Positions 26,971 through 42,030 of a stretch of DNA of 64,000 nucleotides are shown here, in pieces. Position 1 is the first letter of the stretch. Each line of letters begins with the position of its first letter. Made by a program: the position numbers and the translations under genes. The stretch spans positions 49,476,001-49,540,000 of the forward strand of contig OX597836.1 in the NCBI GenBank assembly GCA_951406725.2, given 5' to 3'. This DNA comes from Octopus vulgaris. Its lineage: Eukaryota. The notes under the pieces were generated by a model. The model was not told the DNA's origin, searched no databases, and saw only the letters and a list, made by a program, of their open reading frames with translations.

Positions 26971-28121
26971 GTATATATGTATATATACACACACACATAT
27001 ATATATTTACACACACATTCAAACACTCGTGTGTGTGCGTGTATATATATATATATATATATATATATTAAGGTATGTAGAAAAATACAACATGGACAAG
27101 AACGTATAACTCTTAGAGACGATACAATAAACACGGACAGGACATTCGAAACCCTCAGTCTTCAGTCAAGAACCGGATCATCGTAGTAATTTCGGCTGAT
27201 TAATCTTGAGATTACTAGATCACGGCCAGCCCTCCAAGAAAAACTAAGCAACGAGCATTAGAAAAACTAAGCTGGAAGCGTAGATTTCCTGGAAGAAGGA
27301 TCGAATGCATACGAACACCAGGACAGCAAAAGGGACAGATATAAAAAACAAAAAACAATAATGGAATACATAAACATGAAATACAGAAGCATTAACGGTG
27401 AAAACAACAAGTGTCTTACGACTGATAACAAGCAAACAAATTTTTTCTCTGGCGCATTGGAAGAAGCCTTTATAGCGGCGGACGAAAAACAACGATGTTA
27501 ACACGACGAGGGTCAGGAGCTGAAAGGCAGATTTCGGCCAACAGTCACGTGACAGAGAAGAGGGAAAAGAAAAGAAAGAGAAGCAAAGGAAGAGAGAGAG
27601 AGAGAGGAGGGACAAACGCAACAAAGAGAGAGAAGAGAGAGAAAGAAGGAATCAGAGAGGAGAAGGGATGGGTGTCGAAGAATGACCTGTGAGTGCAGAG
27701 CGAGACAAAGAAATAGGAGGGTAGTGGAAGACTAGACCAAAGAATCAGAGGAAAGAGAAGAGAAAAAGAGGATGAGTAGAGAGAAAAGAGAGAGAGGGGG
27801 ACAGATCAAGTAAAAATGAGAGAGAGAGAGAGACAAACAGAGAGTCGTACCAATTATTAAGAATATGTGCTCACATACGTTTAAATATTTGTTGTGCAAG
27901 ATACAAAATGGCTGACGGTTAGTAAGGAGAGACACAAATAAGTGAGAAGAAAACAAAGGACCACTGATGCGATCACAGGAGTGTGACGAAAGAACTCTGG
28001 CCGAAATAAGATTAAGATTAATGTAAAAAATAAATAAAATAACACTGAAGCAAAGTAACACCAAATATATAGTGCGTGTGTTTTTATTGGCTAAACTGGC
28101 AAAATGACCATTCCGAAATAT

Positions 28122-28190
<69 letters not shown>

Positions 28191-28231
28191 CATATATATA
28201 TATACACATACACACACACACATATGCACAT

Positions 28232-28267
<36 letters not shown>

Positions 28268-30939
28268 GAACCGTCCATGTCCTTCGGACTGATTTGGAGT
28301 ACTTGATTCATGGATTTCTTACTCCACCTTTGGATTACGTTACCTTTTAAATCATTCAGAGTGCGTCGTTTCGGCACCTTTGACTTTATACACACAGACG
28401 GCGTTTTCTCGTTTCTAGGCTGAGACATGCTATCTGCCTCTGAAAGTAAAATATACCCAAATTAAACAGGGCTGAAAGTAGATGATTATTTTTATCTAAC
28501 AAAAGTCATCATTTGAGTCGATTTAATGCTAAGATTTATAAGGCAACCCGATAGTATAGCAGAAAATATTTGCTCAAGATTTCGTTTGGCAAAGTGGACG
28601 TTTTAACATCTAAGCTTCTGACGACTGGATCCGTTTCTCTCATCTAATGGATTTGGACAGTGAGAAATATATGTTTGAGAGAAATAAGACTATAAATTTT
28701 TGACACAAGCACAAAAGCTCAAGTTTTGAGGGATGAAGAGGGATATAGTCGACCACGTGGTCCCCGGTACTTCATTGTTACTTTATTTCACCGACCTCGT
28801 AAGGAGAAAGACATCCTCTTTTATCTTTGAAAGATCGATAATTAAAATATACACACCTGTTGTCCCCAAGAGGAGTGATATTACAAGGGAGATAAACATT
28901 TGCTCATAATATTCGGTGGGATTAGAAATTTGAATTCGAAATTAAAGAATTATAAGGAAATCGATACATTGGATACACGTATTTATTTTAGTTATTTGTT
29001 TACTTATTACTTAAAATTTCTAGTCTGTAGTAATCGTGTTGAACTATTTCATTCATTTTAGAAAGCATCAACATGATATAACCAAAGATTTATTAAATAA
29101 TAATTTTATGAAGCGAGCGATTCCTTATTGATGGAAAATAATTAGTCTGAAAGAAATCCTTGGAATGTCAGGATGTTTTTTCCTCGAAGGGCGTTTGGGT
29201 CTTATTGTAGCTAATATTTTAGTTTGAACTACAAAATTCACGATATATTCCTTCACATGTATATATTGGATTCGCGCTTCTATTTTATAATAATAATAAT
29301 AATAATCCCTCGTACGTAGTGGAAGGGAATGAATAGAATAAAAGTTATGTGCTTACAATCGTCGATAAAGTTAGACGTCACCACTGGTTAAATAAAGTTC
29401 AAATACATTAGTTTGTTGTTGCTTCACTAGACTTCTCCGAGATACGAAATTACTTTGCGTTTTGTAGAAAAATTGTTCAATGGGGAAATAAGACTCCGCT
29501 ATTCTTGAACATGGAGCGGGTGAGCTGATGCTCGCGGCATTCTAATCCCATAATTCGCTCAGGTTTTGGAAGAGATCGTGAAGGTGGTCTAACTTATTTC
29601 TTGTCTTCTCATCCGCTCCCTGGATGAGAACGTTAGAAGGAGATTTTGCATCAAGAAAATCAACGTTTAACCAATCGATGATGACAGTCCGTGTCTTGGG
29701 AATCTGACTAATCACTTTATATATTTTCAAATATGAGGTTTCCCCTGGTTTTCTGCGTCTGCCAAAAAACAGTCGCAGTTACAGGCTTTCAATTTCTTTG
29801 ATGTCAGGGAAACACTTCGTTATTGATGTGGTCATCTCAATGATGAAGTGTTTGATCCAATGATGAAGTGTTTGACTGAGGCGATACCAACTTCAATGTT
29901 GCAGGGACACCGTCCTCGGACCAAAAGAATATCTCAGCCGTCTGGGTTGAGGTGTGTTTGTGCGCAGCTTTCGGCTATACCATTGGTTTACTTCACTGTA
30001 AATTGACTGTCTGCAAAATTAGGCACAAAGTCTGAAATTTAGTGAGGAGGGCTGGTCGATTGCATCAACTCCCGTGCTCAGCTGGTATTTATTTTATCGG
30101 CCCCGAAAGGATGCAAGGAGAAGTCGACCTCGGCGGAATTTGTTTCAAAATATCGACATCAACTTATAAAGGAAATTGTTTAAGGAATTGTCCATTGCTA
30201 AGGCATTCGCTCGCTGGTGAGTTATCACGTATATTGTGACAGCTGGAATAAGGAATTCGCTAGTTCAGTCTTGAACAGAGTATTTCCAGTATTGTAAGAA
30301 AGTTACCTTGTGTCTTGCTAAAGGGAAAGATTAGGGGTGTCAACCTCGACGGCTAATCAAAGAATGGAGACCCTCAAGACGGTCTGGTGCCTTTTTTTGA
30401 TAACGCTTCCAGCAACTCCAGGGTAGGTGGAGCTCTCCAGCCTTGTAAGGCAGTCCACTGAAGAGAAGGCCACCACAGTGGCGTTCTCTTACTGGTCACT
30501 GTCTTAGATCACTCGGCTATTGTGGTCAAATCTCCAAATCTAAAGAGTGGGACAGGATTCACAAACTGACATCCAACTAATGGCAAGAAAAGTCCTGCAA
30601 CTTCAAGGATCGGTTTATATAGTCGCTTGATGGAGTGTCGTTCTTCCTCTTGTTCTTTGGCCATGAAGAATCTGCCATCATGGAACTTGCAAACGCGTTT
30701 AGTGTCACAGAAAAAGATTGATTTTGCAACAGATTAAATGAAACTCTAATATAAAAATTTGTCTCTAAAGATGTAACCGATTGAATCTATTGTATAGACC
30801 CCTGGAAGAGGTTGAGACATGAAACTTGAGTTGTAGCCGAAACCTCGATTTAAATATAATGTGTATTTTAAATGTGTGTGGATGTGTGCGTGTGTATATG
30901 CATACGCACACGCCTATATGAATATATATATATATATAA

Positions 30940-32053
30940 CGGGAAGCTTTATGAAAATAGACAAAAGACGAAGGCAGGTGGAAAACAAACAAACAATTGT
31001 ATTAGTATGGCGCTCAGGAAATATAAATAAAACAAGTCTTTAACGTTTCGAGCCTACGCTCTTCAACAGAAAGATACACAGAGAGAAAAAAAACACAGAA
31101 AGAAGGAGAGAAAAAAATGCGTGCAGTAACTAACGAATCAACATGGCGATCTGATTTCGGCCAGAGGTCAAAGATCAAACATGAGACGCGAGAGCGAAAT
31201 AAGGGGAGATAATAGGGTTGATAATAGGGTTGAATGACCCTAGGATAGGTCTGGACAGGCGTATGTATGGGGTTGGTGTATGTATTAGTATGTATTAGTA
31301 TGTATTAGTACGTATTAGTATGTATAAGTGTGTGTGTGTGTGTATGAGAGAGTATAAGTGCGTATGAGGGGTCTGGACGTGTGTATGTATAGGGTTGGTG
31401 TATGTATTAGTATGTATTAGTACGTATTAGTATGTATTAGTTGGTGTATGTATTAGTATGGCACATCATATATGATGTGATGTGTAAAGTCGTGTGGTGT
31501 AGTGAGGAGAAGAGGGGAGGGGAGAAGAGGGGGGAGAGAAGGGGAGGGGAATAAGAGGGGAAGAGGAGAGGAGGGGGAGAGGATGGGGGAGAAGGAAGGG
31601 GAGGGGGGAGGAGGAAAGAGGGGGAGGGGAGAGAAGGGGAGTGAGGGAGCAGAGGGAAGAGGGAAGGAGGGAGGGAGAAAGAGGGAAGAAGGGAAGGGGA
31701 GTAGGGGTGAAAGGATGAAGGACTGAAGAAGTAGGGGTCGGGGGGAAGGATAGGTGAGAAGGGGGAGAGGGGGGTTAGATGAGGAGGGGGGAGAGTTGAG
31801 ACCAAATGGCGTATAAGAGCGAAGAGAGAAGATTAATTCTTGTTCACGGCGCAAACGGGGATCCGGATGGCCTCTGTGTAAGGACAAACCGAACACAGAT
31901 AGGTGTTGCAAGGAGTGACCGGTGGAGCGGAAATGGCGTGAGACCGGTGTGTCGTTCGCAAGGCGGATGTCACGAAGGTGTTCCGCGAACCGGTCAGCCA
32001 AGCGGCGTCCCGTTTGTCCGATGTACAAGGAATTGCAGAGAGAGCAAGAGACG

Positions 32054-32057
<4 letters not shown>
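30940..32057 (-). mobile_element. PLE 3' fragment: GIY-YIG C-terminus (~31795-32057), pyrimidine-rich 3' region and HHR-like motif (31037-31074)
   Basis: YCVSCSLCNSLYIGQTGRRLADRFAEHLRDI...VSRHF..GH...REQELIFSLRSYTPFGLN; TCTTT-ctgttgaa-GAGC gtag GCTC-GAAA-CG-TT-AAAGA. Confidence 0.88.
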
Positions 32058-32106
<49 letters not shown>

Positions 32107-32110
<4 letters not shown>

Positions 32111-32310
32111 TAAAAGGGACAGGCAACAAGTTGCTTGGCCGCATACCGAAAAAAATTAGAAATAGCAGTCAAGACCGTTATTTCTATTTTCTACAAGTGG
32201 GGCTCCACACACGACATACACTTGTAGAAAATAGAAAAAAACAGTCTTGACTGCTATTTCTAATTTTTCAGTATGCGGCCAAGCAACTTGTTGCCTGTCC
32301 CTTTTACTTA
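32107..32310. mobile_element. ~200-bp hairpin (MITE-like) element in (TA)n
   Basis: Arms 32107-32199 and 32219-32310 are near-perfect reverse complements. Confidence 0.85.
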
Positions 32311-32440
32311 TATATATATGTATATATATACTGAACTTTACAGAAGTTCCTACCGTTAATCGGCTATATTTACATACCGAATTCTACCAGTAAATAATTG
32401 TGGGTTTTTTTTAAAAACCATTATAGAAATTATTTACTCT

Positions 32441-32539
<99 letters not shown>

Positions 32540-33253
32540 TATGTGGGCACAGGACGTCACGAAACGTGTACAACAAAAAAATACGAAGCACGAGTACATG
32601 GAACATGAATCATTCTTTTTTTGAACAACGAAAGACACAAATGGTAAACAAAACAGACATAAAGAAAGACCCTTCATCAGTTGTTGGCTGTTTTTCTACT
32701 CTCGTATTTCAAGCGTATACATATATAATATATACACACACATACACATACGTACACACACAGGCACACACACACTAACATGTATACATGGCACTTGTTG
32801 ACTGTAACTGCTTCATAGATTCTTTGTCTAAAGCCAGTAATATTCCCAGATGTTTGTCACTGACAGAATGAAGCTTACCGAGACTGAACCAAATAAAGCG
32901 ATCCTCCCCCCATTTGCAGTGGGATTGAACTGAAGACCAATGTGACGTTGACTCAGTCCCTCACCCACTTGTCTGTATGAGTGACTGACAAAGTTACATC
33001 AGACTGGCCAAAGCGCCACAACGTTGACAGTTTATTCAGATAGAAATCTTACAAACTGAGACAGCATTGTTCAAACGTCAGCGTCGTCGTTGTTGTTGTT
33101 GTTGTTATTGTTATTGAAGTCGGTGTCCTTCTTCTTCTTCTTCTTCTTCTTCTTCTTCTTCTTCCTCCTCCTCTTCTCCTCCTCCTCCTCCTCCTCTTCT
33201 TCTTCATCATCATCATCACTACCACCGCCATCTTCTTTTTCTTCTCCTTTTCC

Positions 33254-33287
<34 letters not shown>

Positions 33288-33312
33288 CCACCACCACTAT
33301 CACCGCCATCTT

Positions 33313-33389
<77 letters not shown>

Positions 33390-34834
33390 CGTTATTATTA
33401 GTATTATTCCTCCTCTTCGTTTGTGGTAAGGTAGTGGTGGAGACGGAGGTGGTTGTTGTGGTTGTTGTAGCTGTTGTTGTTGTTATTGTTGTTGTTGTTG
33501 TTGCTGTTGTGGTTGTTGTTGTTGGTGGTGGTGGTGGTGGAGGGAGGGGGTGATGGTGTTAGTAAACATCCGTTGTCGAGCGTTACATCACTCTCGACAA
33601 GTTAAACTGTAAACATCGGCAACAATGACCCATCCCAGATTATAACACAACAACGCACCCTCCCTCTCGCCCCCTCCTCCTTCCCACCCCTTTCTCTCTC
33701 TCTCTCTCTCTCTCTCTTCCGCTATGATGTCAGCACAATAACAACGACAACAACATTATCATCAATACCGGCACCGCCACCATCATTCAAATCAACATCA
33801 TGGTCGTGAATGACGGTGATGACGATGATGATGATGAACTCTACCACCATCTCATCATCATCATGAACACCTCTGTCTCCTCCTCCTCCTCCTCCTCCTC
33901 CACCACCACCACCACCACCATAACCATCCCCACACCATCATCATCATTGTCAACAACAACAACAACAACGACAGCAACTGGAACATCGGGCAAACAAAAG
34001 TGCTTCTTATGCGATCGATCGACTTGCTAAATTCAATAGCAGCCAAATGGTCCCCACCGTCCTGATTAAAAACAGGAAGGACACAACAGATTCTGTAGTC
34101 CTAGATACACTTAGTCTTACCCCAAAATACGGACGAGGTGGTCACAGTTTGAAACACCTCTTTCATTATGGGTCTGCTGAATCAGAATTGACGACAACAG
34201 TAACGCAATCAACAACAACAACAACAATATCAACATAAGAACGTATAACGGAAACCTCGGCCAATCCCGGTTTTGTGGTCAATGACATAAATACCAAACA
34301 GTGAATAAGATAACAACATCACCACGACCGCCATCACCACCACCACCATTATCTACCACCACCACCACCACCACTCTCACCACCACCCTCACCACTACCA
34401 TCATCATCACCATAACCACCATCATTCCAAGTTCTAAATCGAGGGTGCCACCTTATGGCACTCGAGTTAAGAACAATTCTTCACACAAAATAAGGAAGAA
34501 CGATAGAGAATCTGCAGTCCCTGAGGCAGAAAAACACAGGATGGTCGTGGATGGAACGCTTTTGAAAACTAATCTGAGGAACCTGCGTTGACCGGGTACT
34601 GAACAACAACAACAACACCAACAACCTCTAACGACAAGAAAGTGTCTTCGTAGTCGCTCGACCTGTTAGAAATAACAACGAAATCTTCCTCAAATCACAA
34701 GGGATAAGGTTTTTCTTGAAACCTTGTAACAGACAGGATGGTTTCATGAAAGAAAGATGCTCAAAAGCCTCTTAGACCCGACTCAGTGTTAAACAGCAAC
34801 AGCAACAACAACAACGACGACCTGTTTAAAGACA

Positions 34835-34964
34835 TCAGGCGCTCGGTTCAAAGTCTCTCTTGACCAGAAATGGCCTGAACTCTTTGCATGAACACCACCC
34901 TGTACATAACTCCATGTCCCCCTACATGGCCTTCCTTTTTGCTTTTTGAGCCAAAAAATTAACT

Positions 34965-34970
<6 letters not shown>
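34835..34970 (+). mobile_element. CR1 3'-end fragment, same family as the copies at 9596 and 11667 but more diverged
   Basis: tggcctgaactcttt.catgaacaccaccctgtac.taactccatgtccccctacatggcctt...gcttttgagccaaa..ttaac. Confidence 0.8.
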
Positions 34971-35014
<44 letters not shown>

Positions 35015-35139
35015 GTTTTTCTAAATCATAAACTGTCGTCTAAATTATGCTAAAATAAACATGTCATATATCAACAGATATATTTACCAAAATTCCATAA
35101 AATATCTTAAAATACTGAAGAGTAAATTTGTTCAAACAA

Positions 35140-35865
35140 ATCGCTTCAACCATGGCCTCCAGACGACTCCGAAATCTCCTGCAGCTCTTCTGGACGGTCT
35201 TCCCATTTAAATTGGTGATTGCTGCCACCATAATCCGTGCCTTTAGTTCATCTTTGGTGTTGCAAGGTGTTTTGTTGGTCTCTTGCTCGACTGCACCCCA
35301 CGCATAATAATCAAGGGGGCTGCAGTCTGGGGAGTTAGGTAGACAGATGTTAGGAGTGGTGTACTTGCAGAAATTGTCTGACAGCCATGATTGGGTTTTC
35401 TTGTTTGTGTAGCCTGGTACAGGATCATGTTGCCAGACATAGTGTCTTCAAGCAGCCACTGTCTTGACCCAGGGCAGCACTACCTCCTCCAGGCATTTGA
35501 TGTAGTCCTCCATGTCTGAGGCCATGTGAGAAGATGAATGGAGGTATAACGTTGCCATCACTAGTACTCACTCCAAAAACCATGGTGTTGAGTGGATGTT
35601 TGATTTTTATCACTCTCAGATTGCATTGTCCTTAGATTGACAGCCAAACACTTTGAAATATTCGTATTGGAGCTACCAGTGCTAATGCCAAGCAGTACAG
35701 TTTCCAAATTTCTGGAAGAGTGATTTGCGTCATGGTGCTATTTTTCTCACAGACCGTGCCCAACTGACCCTTCTATACTGTGTAGTCGACAAAATCAAAA
35801 ACAAATAATGCGCATGCACGAATTTAAAAATATGAAATGGCCACAATTTACCCATCGCACACTGT
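35140..35865 (-). mobile_element. Decayed Tc1/mariner-superfamily (DD37D/maT-like) transposon
   Basis: Remnants KHPLNTMVFGVSTSDG, YIKCLEEVVLPWV, YVWQHD, TQSWLSDNF, PNSPDCSPLDYYAWG; probable end TACAGTGTGCG at ~35865. Confidence 0.75.
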
Positions 35866-35866
35866 A

Positions 35867-35933
<67 letters not shown>

Positions 35934-36694
35934 TATTATAAAAGGCAGATTTTATCTGCCTCCCTTTGGGAGTTATACAAATCTACAATATAGGATTTCT
36001 TCAATTACAATTTACCTAGCATTTTTAAGAGTACAATGCATCGCGTCATGCCAGGTCCAGTTTTTAAAATTTAAACTCCAATTAAGCAAAATTTACAGAA
36101 AACTCACATTCTGGTGTGTGTGTCAAATGCTTTTCTTAGTCTGGTTTACACCACACGCAAACGCACACACACGAGCGACAGAGTGATTTGAGGAAGACTA
36201 AAGTGAAAGTATTCTGTCTATGACGCTGATAGATACATGAGTAAAATGTATGGGAAGCTAAGAGTGAAAATGTTCTTGGAAGAGAGTAATTAGTAATAAA
36301 GTAATACATATACATACATACATACATACATACATACATACATACATACATACATACATACATACACACATACACACACACACACATACACACACACATA
36401 CATACACACACACATACATACATACACACATACATACATACATACATACATATACATACATACATATACATACATACATACACACACACACATACACACA
36501 CACACAGTATTGAAGCTTGAGAACAATCAGATACATTTGCAACACATCTGTTGAAAATATTATTGTTCACACACATACATATACATATATACATACAGAC
36601 AGACAGACAGATAGACACACACACACACACACACATGATCCAGCATGGCCACAACCTCAAGGCTGAAACATATAAAAGAACAACAGAATATAAA

Positions 36695-37050
36695 TGTGTG
36701 CAAAGTACAAGAAATATTAATGCAGTATATGGGGATTGGACAATAAGCGTAAGGCAGTGTCAATGGTGGTTCCAGAAATCCCGAGCCATAAACTACAGCC
36801 TAGAAGACGAGCCTCATCCTGAAAGATCTGTAGAACTCGACAAGGACATCCTGAAAACCCTGGTGGAACAAAATCTCATCGTAACTGTTGAGGAACTAGC
36901 AGAGAAGCTTGGATTTGGTCATTCAACCATTCATTGACATCTGTGTGCTATCGGAAAAGTCAGCAAATTGGGTCAATGGGTTCCTCACGAACTTTCCGAG
37001 TCTAATTGCATGCAGAGAGTGAATGTATGCTTTTCTTTGCTGTCATATCT
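36695..37050 (+). pseudogene. Mariner transposase N-terminal fragment
   Basis: RNINAVYG....RQCQWWFQK....SLEDEP, TVEELAEKLG..HSTIH*HL..IGKVSKLGQWVPHEL. Confidence 0.85.
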
Positions 37051-37072
37051 CACCACTACTGCGCTATGTATA

Positions 37073-37706
37073 TCCATATATATAAAACTGTAGTTGTGTG
37101 AGTGTCTGTCCCTTCGATTTAGATTCCTAACTGCTCCCACATTTTGCGGTACAGTTTAACCAAATTTGGGTAGCTTATAGTCGTGATTCATATCGAGACC
37201 GTCTGAATATTAGCGCGCGTCTACGATGAGTCTACGATTTTAAAAATAATTTAACATCATTTTTTATTCCATTTTAATGCATAATTTTTCGTGTGTCGAT
37301 GGCGGCGGAGTTGGCGTCCACGCTCACACCTGCACCTGTGGGGAAGGGAGTGTAAGGAAATCAACGTCGTAATGCGTTGTCAAGGAGACCAGTGTTCTTT
37401 TAGAACAACGACTTCATGGCTTGAAGACACCAAAACAGAAATGGCTAAGAAAGCGTCTACATGAGTCTACGATTTAAAAAAAAATTTACCATCGTTTTTT
37501 CCATTTTAATGCATTTTTTCGCTATTATATAAGGGAAGTAACTCTCTAAAAATGTCTAGGATGAGTCAACGATTTTTAAAAAAATTTACCATCATATTTT
37601 TTCCATTTTTAATGCATTTTTTGCTATTTTTTGGCTATAACTCTCTAAAAATGCTTATATAGTTATTTCCCTTACAAACCCGAGCAACGCCGGGCGATAC
37701 TGCTAG
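37073..37706 (+). mobile_element. Non-autonomous Helitron, copy 1
   Basis: 5' TC, 3' hairpin CCCGaGC-aac-GCCGGG then CTAG, inserted between A and T; internal tandem duplications at ~37455-37650. Confidence 0.85.
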
Positions 37707-39162
37707 TATATATATATATATCTTTTATTTTTTACTTCAGTCATTTGACTGTGACCATTCTGGGGCATCGCCTTGAAGGAACTTAATCGAACTTAAGCCT
37801 TGTACTTATTCTATCGTTCTCTTTACCAAACTGCTAAGTTACGATGGTATGAAACCACCAACATCGGTAGTCAAGTGGTGGGGGTGGACAAACAGACACG
37901 CACATCACGTGATCACGTGACCGACTAGGCTATCAGATGTTGTTACAACCAACTGGAACGGCTGGAAGCCAACCAGGCAGAACGACAAACTTGACCACCG
38001 GAAAAACAAGAGGTCACCAGTACTTTAACGAATCAAAAATCAGAGCCCTTCGCGGTAAAAATTATAAATAGACCGGATTCCACAAAACACCGTTACAAGA
38101 GAAAGTTCCTACACACGACGGAAAAAGGATCAGAGAAATTGTAAATCAAATCCCTTTTATTTTACTATCTTCATTTCTCCCTTGTTTTTTTCCCTCTTAA
38201 CTCAGTATGACTGAAACTTTGATGATATTCATTTCTTGTCGATCCCTACTAACACTAAGGAGCTTTGTACATTCAAACAAATTGATTGCACAGTTTTAAT
38301 ATTGAATGTTATGAACAGTTAAACCTGTCAGCATCGAAATTTTTGAACATGTTTTTCTAAATCACAATTCTCAATTGATAAACAAAAAATATTGTTGAAT
38401 GTAGTTTGGTATATATGTACAAAAATTTATTTTAAAACAATTTTTCAAATTTTGGTGCATTTTCAACAACAAATTTGCCTAGATTTTTTCCTGCGTGGAA
38501 ATATACCCCTTCTTTTGCTATATATATGTATATATACATGAAAATGGTGAGCTAGTAGAATCATTAGAAAGTCGAACGAATTCCCTAACGGCATTTCTTC
38601 CGGCTCTTTACGTCCTGTGTTCAAATTCCATCCAGGTTGACTTTGACTTTCGTTCTTTCTAGGTCGATAAAATAAAAATAAAAAATATATTTATAAATTG
38701 TTCGTTGGAGAACGGTCGAGCAAGCGTTATGGTGTAACAGCCACCAAGAAGTGGTCAGATAAATCCAAATCTTAGATTCCATCTGCCTCATGCAGGGCAG
38801 ATAACTCCGGTAAGAGAAGTCGGCTGTTACAGCGACCGTCTTCGGGAAGGTATGTCAGTACTGAAAGGCCGATTAACAAAAGTGGGCGTAAGGAGTGTAT
38901 TTACATGAAACCTTATCAAAACAAACAAACGAATGATGTAATAGTAATCTTTATCTTGTAAAGATAAAGATTATTACAGATAAGAACGTGACTCCGTTGC
39001 TTTTGTTTATTTGTGTTCACAACATTTTAATGTGAATACACTCCTCACACCTGCGATTGTTTATTCTGCATTTTTTCTTGTCTTCTACTATAGCCCTGGG
39101 CCGACCAATGCTTCGCCAAGGAATTAAATTTGGTTGACGGAAGCTGTGTGGAAGCCCTTCGT

Positions 39163-39194
<32 letters not shown>

Positions 39195-39274
39195 CTTTTA
39201 CTTGTTTCATTAGACTGCGACCATGCTGGGGCACCACCTTGCAGAATTTTACTTGAACGAATTTATCCCAGAAC

Positions 39275-39339
<65 letters not shown>

Positions 39340-39582
39340 TAAGCGTAAACACAACACCAGCCATTGGTGGTGGGGAGGGGTGGCCGTACACCGACACAAA
39401 AAACACACATATAGATATATTATGTATACGCTGGGTTTTTTAGTAACCAAATCCACTGACAAGGCTTTGGACGGCCCAGGGTTATAGTAGAAGACACTTG
39501 CTCAAGGTACCTTGCAATGGAACTGAATCCAGAACCATGTGGTTAGGAAGCAAATCCCTTACCACACAGCCATGCCTGCGCC
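39195..39582 (-). mobile_element. Diverged CORE-type SINE copy with internal (TAA)n
   Basis: Similar to 24399-24806 at head and tail. Confidence 0.7.
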
Positions 39583-39583
39583 T

Positions 39584-39633
39584 ACAGACAGACAGACAGA
39601 CAGACAGACAGGCAGACAGACAGACAGACAGAC

Positions 39634-39707
<74 letters not shown>

Positions 39708-39732
39708 GTAGGTAGGTAGGTAGGTAGGTAGG

Positions 39733-39816
<84 letters not shown>
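39584..39816. repeat. (GACA)/(GATA)/(GGTA) tetranucleotide array
   Basis: Direct inspection. Confidence 0.95.
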
Positions 39817-39817
<1 letters not shown>

Positions 39818-40821
39818 GTGAGTGTATTAATTGGTTGTCAAATCATTAGTGTGTTGCATATCAGACTTATGTTCATAAATTAAAATTCCTCTTTTGGTCC
39901 AGAAGTGATGTGGATAGGAAAATTGTCGTTGTAAGAGCAAAGAGAAAAAGAGATACAAGTTATGGCATTGAATGTAAGAGAATAGATACTTATTTTTGTC
40001 GAGTGAATGAGAGTGGACAGACGACCGGTTCTGTTGTGTTGCTGCTTTCACTCGGTCCGTTGGAAAGTGATACGACTATTTGCTGTTTCGATAGTATAAA
40101 AATGAGTCTCAGAATAGACATATTGTTTCCACTTAATACTGAGTTCTTCTTGAAGAAGGGACAACGACTGCTGCGCTGATGAGTGATGGCAGAAAGAGAA
40201 AGAAAAAAAAAAGGATTTGGGTTTATATAATCGAAATGATTGTCAGAACAATGAAGTCTGGCTAATAAAGCCGCCAAAAGATGATGGCTAGCTAAAACAT
40301 CATCGTTATACTGAGGCGAGTTTTATTTGGAGAAGGGCAACGATAATTTGCTTTTAGCTGCCAAGTACCGAGTGAAAGAGAGCAAAAGAGCTTAGGGGTC
40401 TCTGTTTATCTAGTCAAAATGGCTGTCAGAAGGCTGGTCTCTAATTGACTAATAAAACCAGTGAAATACTGAAAACTTCTCCCGTTTTTCAATGAGGAAT
40501 CGTTACAACTGCATGTCGAAGTGTGCAATGTAGTTATGAAGGAGGTGTTTGATTGTTTGTCTAAATATTTGTGCGTCGTGTCTCTATTCAATAAGAATTC
40601 ACCTGGGCGCACACAACTACAACAGCACTAACATCATCAATGCCAACTGACAATTAATTATCACGGCCACATTGACGTCACGTGAACGATGACGTCACAG
40701 CCTTTTAAACACTTAAGTTTACAGTTAGCGATTTTTCGTTTGTTTCTGTTTTATTTGGTTTTATTCTTTTTTTTTCTATCCAGATATTCTCTGTTTACGA
40801 CAAACTTGTGAAGATGGATGC

Positions 40822-40860
<39 letters not shown>

Positions 40861-41104
40861 AGAGGAGAGAAGTAGTGAGAGGAAGCGTGGACGGAAGGTA
40901 AAGGAAGACGGAAACCTTTATAATGTTTGATGTGCTGATGGTGTGTGTGTGAGTGAGAGAGAGACTGTATGTGTGTGAGTGTATGTGAGTGTATGTGTGC
41001 GAGTGTATGTGAGTGTGTGTATGGTAAATTTAGGTGAAGGTTGTTAAGTAGATATACCTCATTTTTTCAGACCCTCCGCCATTTCTTCATGATAACGCTT
41101 TTAC

Positions 41105-41168
<64 letters not shown>

Positions 41169-41355
41169 GCTGCTGCTGTTGTTGTTGCATAGGATAATGG
41201 TTCTCAGATTAAGAAATACCGCTTCCGCCACCACCTCATTACTCCCACCAGCCCCCTAGAAATTGGTGACATTATTTTGTCCCCCCTCCCCAATTTTCTT
41301 TCCAAATGCGGAGACAATAGAATTTAAATCTGTGTATTGTGTTGTGTGTGTGAGA

Positions 41356-41428
<73 letters not shown>

Positions 41429-41839
41429 TAGTTAACGGCGACAGAAGCAGTATTAATGCCAAAAGCAATCTTTGTATCCAGCTTAACGTGGCTGTTGTGT
41501 TGGAAACTGTTTCGTGTCGCGATTGTTCTGTCTTTGCGACATCCGTGCCTGAATAGACTCTGAGGATCTGTGTGTCGTTTGACCGGGAGATTCAGCTGTT
41601 ACGTCGCTATCGGACGTCTGCCACTGAGGAGACCAGGCAGGGTGAAATGACGTGATCTGGCAGCTTTTGGTAGCCGTAGCAGATGGTTTTCGTTTGTCAA
41701 AGATATAAATATGTCTGCTTTTGTGTCCCCCAAGTCCGTATGAGAGATCTTCTGAAAGTAAATGACGCAGTATTTAGCGTTCCAACACAGCCTACAAATT
41801 AAGAATGGAGACAAAGATTACTTGTTATAGAGACAGAAT

Positions 41840-42030
41840 GGTGGCGAGCTGGTAGAATCGTTAGCGCGCTGGACTAAATGCTTAACGGTACTTCGCCCGT
41901 CGCTCCGATCTGAGTTCAAATTCTGCCGAGATCGACTTTGCCTTTTATCCTTTTGGAGTCTATAAATTAAGTACCAGTCGACTATACCCCCTCCCCAAAA
42001 TTTCAGCCCTTGTGCCCAGAGTAGAAAGGA
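41840..42030 (+). mobile_element. tRNA-derived SINE with Deu/Nin-like central domain; further copies or fragments at ~1860-1932(-), 28700-28810(-), 30020-30140(-), 38546-38672(+), 49790-49870(+), 52486-52605(-), 58765-58935(+), 59078-59270(+)
   Basis: GGTGGCGAGCTGGTAGAATCG (A box), GAGTTCAAATTC (B box), TCGACTTTGCCTTT.ATCCTTT.GG.GTC.ATAAA.TAAGTACC. Confidence 0.8.

Noticed and set aside
30330-30480. Possible RTE 5' UTR or HDV-like ribozyme remnant (also ~50035-50190)
   Set aside because: Only vague resemblance; I could not build the nested double pseudoknot
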